64,000 nucleotides of DNA, taken from positions 1,054,001 through 1,118,000 of the forward strand of contig NW_027191455.1 in NCBI RefSeq assembly GCF_011745625.1, written 5' to 3'. The notes under the pieces are model-generated. The model was not told where the DNA came from. It did no database searches and was given only the letters and a program-made list of their open reading frames with translations. Position numbers and translations under genes: made by a program. This stretch comes from Cladosporium halotolerans. Lineage: Eukaryota. Shown here piece by piece: positions 45,543 to 55,000 of this stretch (its first letter is position 1; every line of letters begins with the position of its first letter).

Positions 45543-47260
45543 TGCTATCCTGACAAAAATGTTTTCCTACAAAGTGTTGAATCAGTGTCGAGCGATAGGC
45601 TTCCTCAGCCTCTGGAATCTGCCGATCTAGATGAGCCCGGACTGCTAACGTTTTATTGCAAACACCACGTGGAGACTAGAAAGTTGCATCTCGGAGGAAC
45701 ATGATTCAAGCTTGGTTTCTGGTGTGTTACTCCAGCCTTATTCTCCGAGCAAGCTTTCGACGGGGCTGCGTCCTTAAAAGAGGCAGCGGTTCCTGGCGTG
45801 CATAAAGTAAGGTGGCTTCCATGCAAGGCTGCTTACTGTACTTCTTCACACCGGGTTCTGCCGTGCATCTTGCTGTTTGCGTTCTTTGACTTGGGTAAGA
45901 TGTGGACACATTGCTCAGTCAAAGTCCGAATACACTCTGTCACGTTGTAATGCGAGGATAGACAACCTGGCATGCAAAGGGCGTAGAAAGGAGGCCCGCC
46001 GAAATGGGCGGATGCCGTAAAGGGTCTGATCGCGGCTTGCGAATATGATGACATTTTGGTGGGATGCTTGATCGGGAAGGACGCACAGCAGTCATCGGTT
46101 AACGTTGCTCGCCAGAGGCGCGTAGGTTGCATCTTGTGCGTGTCGTCTAGGCGCCAAAGTGCGAGTAAACCGCCCACAAGGGCTCTGGCGAATCTATTTC
46201 TGGTATCGGGTGGCATGTCCGCCGTGTCTCTTGTCAGCCTTGAATGTAGAGCTCATGCGCGGTCGAAGCTGTCTCATCAAGCTAAATTTGCGTGTGCTGC
46301 GCTGGTTGAAGCACCAACCCTAGTGCAGCTTGAGGCACATGCGAATAATGCAGTAAAAGTGTACTGTACGGATAAGTCCAGCCGACTGCAGCTCCCATTG
46401 CGTGTCTGTACGTTGGGCTGCTGGGGCTTTGAAGCTTCCAGGTGCGACTTTTGCAACTCTTACGAAAATTCGGACTTCGCAACCTGTCGAATTACCGCTA
46501 ATAATAAGCCAAAAGTGTGAGGAGCTTCACCCGTGCCCTTCTATGGCATGGCATACCTATCAACTGACATGACCGTCAAATGCTGGCGTGTTTGGCGCAC
46601 GGCAGGCTGGCGCAAAACAAAAACATACAACAGGCGGGATTCCCAGATGGTCACCCACTCTAGTACTAGTCGCCCGGTTCAGTGCTTATGTATGGCAGAG
46701 CGGACGGGATGCCCAGTTTTCACTGACCTGTGGTCGTATGTGCTAATGGTTACCACACTGTCAATAATGACCCTTCACGTAAACCCTAGAATTGGTTATG
46801 GGAAGGTATTCACTGCTACGCTCGCTTAGTCCATACGAGCAGAAACTCGGTGCGTCCTGGGACCCATGCTTGCTCTGACCATGCCAGACTGACCCTCCGT
46901 CGACCGCTTCCTCCTGTCCATGTTCCACTCGCCCCGAAATTTAGCATGACTGCAACCATACAGACCGCAGCTTTGGAAGGAAAGGGTGTACGAAGATCTG
47001 GTGTCCGGATACCAGATGGTCTTTCCTATGCTGAGTTCTTTGGCCATATCATCTTGTAAGAGTAGCACAGTCTTAGTGCGTTTGCGTTAGATCTTTCCTC
47101 TTTGTATACCGATACATGCATTTTGGGCTACTAGAATGAATTCTAGGTCGGCCCAATGATATTCTGCCTGTTGGCCGAAGCTGTTTTGCGTTGCCTTGAA
47201 AGGTCTTTCCCATCAACGCCAGCGCTGCGAAATATTACGACTCATCGTCATACCGAGGAC

Positions 47261-48940
47261 TCATTTCTTATCCAGAGCCAAGATCAACTCGCTCGCCCGC
47301 TCAGCGACAGCAACAATGCCAAACATCGGGTTCGTCGTGAACGCTTCTGTGATGGAAGAATCCACGACGTGCAGATTCTCCATTCCCTTCACTCTGGTGT
47401 TCAAATCAACGCAAGACCCAATCTTGCAGCTTCCGCTCCAGTGATTCACGTAGCCTCGGGTGTACTGCGAAGGAGTCGTGATGTACTTTAGGATGTCGCT
47501 CTTCGATGCTGTCGGAGGGATGTTGAGAGATGTCAGGCCACTGCCTGGGAGGGCTTTGAGAATCTTTGCAATCACGGTAGCGACGGCGTCGGCGTCGGCG
47601 GGGTTGCTGAAAAGAAAGTCAGACGCTGGACCCGGCAGACCCTTGTTGTCCAGGACAATGCGAGATTTGGACCTGGCGCCTGAGGTGGCGTAGACGTTGA
47701 GGGTCATGGTGTCTTTGCCGGTGTAGCCGAACGAGCCGGCGACGTTGACGGTGCCTTGGACAGCAATGCTGGAGCCGTCGGATTGTTTGACGAGGTCCCA
47801 CAGAAGACTTGTAGGACCTGCGCTAGCGTAGGGGCCACTGCGAGAGTGGAGGTACAGGTCCTTGTCTGCTGAGATGGGAGAATCGTAATTGAAATTGTAG
47901 GATTGGACTCCTGGTCCGGATAGGATGATGAAGGTGTTTGGGTTGTCGTATAGGTGATCGCCAACAGCTGTGTTATTGATCCATTGCGATGAAGCCATGT
48001 CGAGCAATTTGTTCGTCTTCAGGCTTGCCAACGAGGTAGGATCGCCGATGCCAGACATCATGAGCAGCTGTGGGCTGAAAAATGAACCTCCGCTGAGGAT
48101 GATGCGTCCGTTCTTAGACAATTTGAAGGTTGTAGCCTTGCCATTGACAACTGCCTCGACAGCGGTGGCCTTCCCGCCAGTACGCTGCACACGCTTGACC
48201 TGGACACCAGACTTCAAGGAGAAGTTTGATCGAGCGAGTGCGGATGCCAGGTATGTCTTTGCTGGGCCACTCCGTTGACCCTTTTCATACGCATAATTGG
48301 TTCTTCCAAAGACGCCATCCTTTTCCTCTGGATTGCCGTTGACTGCAATATTCTTGAACCCAGCACCTTTCACCAACCACTTTTTAGCAGCCTCGTAACC
48401 GGATTGCAGGTAACGCTTCCCGTCAGCGGATGGAGTGTTCGTGATGGGTTGTTTAGCTTTGACCTTTTCAATAGCGCTCTTCATATCTCTCGACTTCCAG
48501 CTCGCCGGATAGTACGTGTCAAAGTCTGATGCAGGCGGCTGGATAAAAAGCTCTGCATTGATGGCACTAGAACCACCAATGGTACAGCCTCCAAATCCAC
48601 CATTCTGTTTGTTACCACACAAGAGATCCGAGTTGCCACTGAAGATCGAGCTGTATAGGCCTGGTACGTCCACACGCGACAAGTCTGTATCCGCGAGCCA
48701 GTCCGGTCGCTCACGTCCGCCAGTGCTGTAGTAGGAGTCTCCGCCCTGCTCAAGAAGGAGTGTTCGCTTGCCGGCTTCGCTCATTCGATCAGCTGCAACA
48801 ATGCCGGCCGGGCCAGCGCCAACAATGATGGCATCCCATTTGTCGTTTTGTCGTGTTTCCAGGCTGCCTTCAAAAGGCCTAGCGTGAGCAATCTCAAGAA
48901 GAAAGCTTAGAGCTACGAGGGCTCGCGATGCAAAAGGCAT
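47261..48940 (-). CDS. Second secreted AA3_1 cellobiose-dehydrogenase-like flavoprotein, no cytochrome domain
   Basis: Intronless, 559 aa. Signal peptide, WDAIIVGAGPAGIVAADRMSEAG, LSRVDVPGL, GCTIGGSSAINA, catalytic VNHWSGSC and TTNP. Confidence 0.92.
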   Translation of the reverse strand: MPFASRALVALSFLLEIAHARPFEGSLETRQNDKWDAIIVGAGPAGIVAADRMSEAGKRTLLLEQGGDSYYSTGGRERPDWLADTDLSRVDVPGLYSSIFSGNSDLLCGNKQNGGFGGCTIGGSSAINAELFIQPPASDFDTYYPASWKSRDMKSAIEKVKAKQPITNTPSADGKRYLQSGYEAAKKWLVKGAGFKNIAVNGNPEEKDGVFGRTNYAYEKGQRSGPAKTYLASALARSNFSLKSGVQVKRVQRTGGKATAVEAVVNGKATTFKLSKNGRIILSGGSFFSPQLLMMSGIGDPTSLASLKTNKLLDMASSQWINNTAVGDHLYDNPNTFIILSGPGVQSYNFNYDSPISADKDLYLHSRSGPYASAGPTSLLWDLVKQSDGSSIAVQGTVNVAGSFGYTGKDTMTLNVYATSGARSKSRIVLDNKGLPGPASDFLFSNPADADAVATVIAKILKALPGSGLTSLNIPPTASKSDILKYITTPSQYTRGYVNHWSGSCKIGSCVDLNTRVKGMENLHVVDSSITEAFTTNPMFGIVAVAERASELILALDKK

Positions 48941-49587
48941 TGTTTTCGCAGTGAGGTATTTGGCGTGGCGGTACCCTCAGCTGCCGCTGGGAAACAACCC
49001 CTCTTATACTTCATCGTCAAGGCGCATTGAGATCTCATCACCGAAAAGTCGCCAGACAGCAAAAGCAAAGGTGAAGCGTCACAAAGGCCACTGCACGGAT
49101 TAGCTCAGCGTAGCGTTGGTCCATCCAAGGGACGTGGTGCTAAATTTAAATTCAGGTAACACACCTGACTAGCCAGGCTGAAGCACTGTGGCACGTATCT
49201 CGTATCTTGCCACCGACATCGTCACTTATGTACTGGCACGGTATGTACAGTACCTCTAGCGGGAGAGGCTAACAAATATAGAATGGAGGTGTTTGGTCAT
49301 TTGGTGTGCGCGCTGAAAGTAAGCAATGACAACTGATACCAGAACGTTTTTCCTCGGCTCACAGCCTCGGCATCCCAGCGCGTCATGGAACTCGGACTTC
49401 ACTCTTCGGCGAGAATGGCTGGGTAGAGTAAACGAATCGTTGTTGCTTGAAAATTCTTCATTGTAACAATTCATCCCGTGGTGACCACCGTCATACCAAG
49501 TATTAAGAACGCCATGCACATCACAACCGTAAAGTCATCGCCTTTTGATCCCTTTTCAATTTTTCCTTTCCTGGTTTTGAAGAACTT

Positions 49588-51411
49588 TTAAGAGTAAAGC
49601 TTCTTCTCAACGCTACCAGCGAAACCCTGGATGCCACCCTCGAGCTGGGCGGAGGCAGTCCTGTACTCAAACCTGACCTCGCCAGCCTTGACACCCTCCT
49701 GCAGCTCGTCGATCGACTTCATGCCGACTTCCTGCAGACTGTGCTGGACACCAGCAGACAGGTAGGGGAGAAATTTGGTGATGCTGCCGCGGTCGAGGAC
49801 GGAGCCAGAGACACCCTGGGCGACAAGGAGCTTGTCACCCTCGGAGAAGTAGCGGGCGGTACCGGCGTTCTTGGCGGTGTTGCCGGCCTTGTCGGTGGCG
49901 CCGCCGGCCTTCTTGTCCTCCATGGCATCGATGGAGCCCATACCGCGGTAGACTTTCCTGCGGAGACCGTCCTCACCGATGGTGTAGCTGCCGGGAGACT
50001 CGGTGGTGGCAGCGAGAAGACCGCCCATCATGATGGTGCCGGCACCAAGGCAGAGAGCCTTGACAATGTGTCCGACGTTCTGGATACCACCGTCGGCGAT
50101 ACAGGGGATACCAAAGCGGGCGGCAAACTCGCAGACGCGGAAGACAGAGGTGGCCTGAGGGCGACCGACGGCCATGACCTCCTGGGTGATGCAGGCAGAG
50201 CCAGCGCCCATACCGATACGCAGACCGTCAACACCGGCCTCGATGAGCTTGGCAGCCTGCTCGCGGGTGACGACGTTGCCGCCAATGACGTCGAGCTTGG
50301 GGAACTCCTTCTTGATCCAGCGGATCATCTCGAGCTGGAAGATGCTGTTGCCCTGAGAGCTGTCGAGGATGACAACGTCAAGACCAGCCTCAACGAGGGC
50401 AGTCAGACGCTCCTTGTCATGAGGGCGAGTGCCAATGGCAGCGGCGGCGAGCAGCTGCTTGGTACCGTGACGCTTGCTGGCGTTGGGGTATGACATGTTC
50501 TTCATCAAATCGGAGCGCGAGAGGAGAGAGATGAGGTTGCCCTTGGCGTCCACAATGGGGAGCTTGCCCTTTTTACTCTTGCTGAGCACGTCGTTGGCCT
50601 CCTGCAGGGTGACGCCCTCACGGCCAGTAACAAGGTCCTTGCTCATGATCTCAGTGACAGGGGAGCTGTCATCGTCGTGGAATTGGACGTCACGAGGGGT
50701 GACAATACCGATGAGCTTGGAGCGAAGGTTGCCGTCCTCTGAGAGCCGGTTAGCTTCTCATTCTCGCAAGATAGAGAGTAAATCGAATGCGAGACAGATG
50801 GGCAAAGGGATCAGTGTGAGTTTTTCTCCACAGCACCCCCGGCTCGTTGGCCGTGGGCATGCGGTTGAACGAAAGTTAATAAATTTGTTGTTCATCACGC
50901 GAGAGCGAACACGAAAGGACTTGAAGGAGATCACGGGCTTACCAGTGACGGGGAAACCACCAAAGCCCCACTGCTCCTTCAGCTGGCGGGCCTCGCGGAC
51001 GGTGGTGGTGGGAGAGATGACGATCGGGTCAAGGATGAAGCCGTTCTCGAAGCGCTTGACCTTGCGGACCATCTCAGCCTGCTCCTCGATGGAGCAGTTG
51101 TGGTGAATCACACCAATGCCACCGAGGAGGGCCATGTGGATGGCCATGTCGGTCTCAGTGACTGTGTCCATGGGAGAAGAGGTAAAGGGCGTCTTGAGGG
51201 TGATGTTGCGGGTGAGTTTGGAGGTCAGGTCGACCTGGGCAGCAGGGAAGCCGATGTGGCCGGGCAGGAGCAAGAAGTCGTTGTACGTCTGACCGCCCAT
51301 CTTCTTCTCGTCCAAGAGATCGTAGACGGAAATACCGTCCTTGGACTCGTACTGCTTGAGCAGCTCGAGGGCCTTGGAGGCATCCTCGACCTTGACGCCG
51401 TTGGCAGACAT
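49588..51411 (-). CDS. IMD: Inosine-5'-monophosphate dehydrogenase
   Basis: Intron 50942-50739. [22 protein letters not shown] pair, [19 protein letters not shown] (catalytic Cys), ADGGI, YRGMGS, ARYFSE, VAQGVSG. Confidence 0.98.
50807..50902 (-). ncRNA. snR54: Box C/D snoRNA, snR54-like, in the IMPDH intron
   Basis: Box C GTGATGA (50898-50892) and box D CTGA (50814-50811). Guide TAACTTTCGTTC is complementary to the conserved 18S segment GAACGAAAGTTA. Yeast snR54 is hosted in the IMD4 intron. Confidence 0.88.
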
Positions 51412-52061
51412 TTCGTCGCTGTCGTGTGACGCGGTGGTGGTAGGTCGGAGGCCGGCGACGGTGGGGAGGGAAATGCGAGAGAATCTGCCCGTTATTACAC
51501 TGGGTCAGACGGCCTTGAACGTATTAGCAATGCGCAAATCCAAGGACTCGGCGATTGTATAGACTTACCCCAAGGAAAGAAAAGAGAAGAGAAACCGCCG
51601 CGCGGCGGAGAGAAATTTGAGTTGCGCGCAGAAGCTGGATCAGCTTATCTTATCGATCGCCGAGGAGCCGGCAGCGGGCCGTGGCGTGGGGTACAGGGTT
51701 TGGCATTGGGCGCGCTGATTGGGCAATGTGCCGGCTCAGCGACCTGCAGCGCGGCCGGCCGTTGTTTGTTTTCCCAGCAACACCCGCTGCAGCTTTACCA
51801 CCAGGGCGCCTCCCGCGCACGTCACCCGCGCGGCCTCAACTGCCACGCCAGGCCCTTCTCACAACCTCACACACCCATTCCAGTCTGTCTATATCGGACT
51901 CATTCGCTTGATGCGGCAGGCATACGCTATTCGGCTCGCGATGCGCTGAACATGCTTCCTCGCTGATCCGTCTGACCGTAAACACGACCTTGAATGCGCA
52001 GTGCGCCTTCTTTTGACCATCCAAAACATTTTTGCAGCCGAGTGCGGCAACCACACCCAAC

Positions 52062-55000
52062 ATGCCGTCTCAGTATGCGCACCCTCAACTCACATCTTCT
52101 TCCTCGCCACCACACAATCGCTTCAGAGACCACTCGCCCACAAAGTCCTCGCCGCTCCGTCACACACTGTCGACCCTCTCCAACGGCAGCAGTACAGACG
52201 GCTCCTCCATTCCCAGCCGACACAACACCCAGAGTAGTAATGCCTCGAGTGTCTACAGTCAGCACAGCATAGGTGGGCTCAGTGGCTACGATTCCAGCGC
52301 GGACCCTTTCGTTAGCCGGGCCCCCGCCAAGCGAGAGCGCAGTGAGAGTCCTGTCAAGAAGAATTCCGCATTCGCTCAATGGGAGGCCCGGGAAAAAGAC
52401 GAGCAAGCGCAGCAGGAGCAAACGACACCCAGACCGGCGCGTAAGGCTGGCCGGACTGGAAACATGAGCGTGGACCTGTCCCCAAAGAAACTACAGGACG
52501 ACGACTGGCGGAATGGCTTGGGACGCTCTGAGACCCGCAGTGCTCTCTCAACAGTCGCCCCGAACACTCTTCCAGACTCGCCTTCTCATAGGAGGGGAAA
52601 GTCACACAACGACCTGGCGCTCAGGCCTGCAAGTCCCCAGAATAGAGAATCGCCGCCGCCGTCGCCTAAAGCGCCAACCCGAACGCATAATCGAGGGCAA
52701 AGTATGGATGCAGGGCTCGCGCTGTCTGCCTCCGTGCCTAGCCTCCACGCAACTGGTACGAGCAATCTGAACAGCATGGCGACACTGTCTCGGAGTGATT
52801 CCATGCGAGCCAGTGGTCGCCCAAGGGCAAATGGCCATGCAAGATTCGGCTCTGTCGATTCCTCTGCACCCCACCTGGACGAGAAAGACCTGGCGACACT
52901 ACAAAAGAGTACTACGCCCCAGTTGCGACATCTCTCGAAATTCGCGAGCGACGGTGCTGAAGACCTGAGCGTGCACACCCCAGAAGAGCAGGTTGTTGGA
53001 CTTGCTGGAAGGAGGAGGCTGCAAAGGTCGGACTCGACGCGCGCTTCGCATCAAAAGACGCAATCAAGCTTCGGCTCCCAATGGCAAAGTACGCGATGGA
53101 TGGACACACAGAGGAAGCATCTGCAAGCCTACGAATATCTTTGTCACATCGGAGAAGCAAGAGCCTGGATCGAGGACGTTCTGGAACCAGACAAACTACC
53201 GCCGATTGTCCAATTAGAGGAATCACTTCGCGATGGTGTCACTTTGGCCGAAGTGGTCAACCGATTAGTACCAAACATGGAACAAGACCTGCAGGCTCTG
53301 CTCGGAAGCTTGCGCATCTTCCGCTCCCCCCGTCTTCAATACCGCCACAGCGACAACATTGCCATGTTCTTCCGATTCGTGTCAGCAGTGGAGCTGCCCG
53401 AACTTTTCCGATTCGAGCTGGTCGACTTGTACGAGAAGAAAAACGTACCAAAAGTGATTTACTGTATACACGCACTCTCATGGCTACTGTACAGGCGCGG
53501 AATTACTTCATTCACGATATCGCATCTCGTCGGACAACTGGAATTCACAGGCGAAGAGCTGGAAGAGACACAAAAAGGCATCGACCGAAGTGGTGTTAAG
53601 ATGCCGGACTTTGGTGGCATGCGCAAAGAGCTTGACATTCCCGAGCCCCCGCCACCGCCGGAGCCTACGCCAGAAGAGCTTCTTCGCGAGCAGGAAGCTG
53701 TTGTGGAGGATATGCAAAGCCAGATGAGGGGTGCCCTCGTGCGCATGCGCCTTGGAGATGTGATGCAGGACCTCTGGGATGCCGAAATCGACATTGCCAT
53801 GCTGCAAGCTCGGATGCGAGGAGGCTTTGCGCGTGAGATCTTCAACTTCCGCCACTCCATGGATTCCTCGACGAAGAAATTGCAGGCTGCCGCCAAGGCC
53901 ATGCTCATCCGGAAGGGTCTCAAGCAGAGGGAGCAAGGCTGGAAGTCGAGAGAAGGAAAGCAGCGCATTGTCAAGATTCAGTCGCTCTGGCGTGGCAAGC
54001 AACAAAGGGCCGAGACCAAGAAGATCAAGACTCAGCTGCGCGCACAACGCTATGGCGTCAAGGAGCTACAGGCTGCGATCCGCGGAACTCTCGGTCGCTG
54101 GAAGGCTAGCGATACCTGGGAGGAGACTCGCAATGAGGCCACGGAGTCCGCCGTTGCCGACCTACAAGCTGCCGCTCGCGGCGCGATTGAGCGCATGAAG
54201 TTGACGGCTGTCATGAACCAGCTCTGGGACGTTGAAGGGGCCATCGCAGAACTTCAAGCCGCCGCTCGAGGATCACGAATCAGGCGTCAGGCCAAAGGTC
54301 AACGCGTTGAGGCCAAACAAGCAGCCGTGGACGTCGTGCGTCTCCAAGCAGCTGTCCGCGGTCTGATCCAGCGGAAAGAGCAGCGTCACCAATACGGCGA
54401 GCGAAAAATTCATGAGCCGGCCGTTGTCGAAGTGCAGGCTGCGTGCCGTGGACTGGTGACGAGACTCCGGCAAGCAAGGGTGATGGGGGCCCTGCAAGGT
54501 CGCGAGGGGCCGATTGTGAAAGTGCAGTCGCTTCTGCGCGCGCAGTTGGCGAAGAAACATGTTCAGTCTCACAAGACGGGGTTGAAGACGGTGGAGGACC
54601 AGATCTCAACATTGCAGGCTCTCGCGCGTGCATCCATCTGCAGGGCACGTACTGCAGATGTTCTTGACCAGCTGCAAAACACCACGAAGCAAGCGATTGA
54701 GCTTCAAGGTCTCGCCAGGGCAATGCTGGAGCGTAACAGGATCGGCACCCAACTGGCCGAGCTCGAAGATCAAGAGCAGGGCGTCATCAACCTGCAGTCT
54801 CTTTCTCGCGCATTCCTCGAGCGTCAGCGTATCTTTGATCAGCTCGTCGAGTTCGAAAAGGAAGAGGATTCTATCAACCAACTGCAAGGCGTTGCTCGTG
54901 CCGTCTTGGTTAGAGCTAAAGTAGGCGCCGACCTTGCTGAATTGGAGGATAACGAGGAGGCGATCATCGAGCTCCAATCGGCCACTCGTGCTTTCATGGT

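Noticed and set aside
45543..47260. Possible gene remnant or transposon in the 1.7-kb spacer
   Set aside because: Only short ORFs without recognisable motifs; no terminal repeats or transposase/RT signatures seen.
49588..51411. IMPDH as a mycophenolate self-resistance gene (mpaF-like)
   Set aside because: There is no PKS or other biosynthetic core in the window. It retains YRGMGS, hosts the ancestral snoRNA and neighbours IQGAP, so it looks like the housekeeping copy despite a slightly divergent C-terminus.
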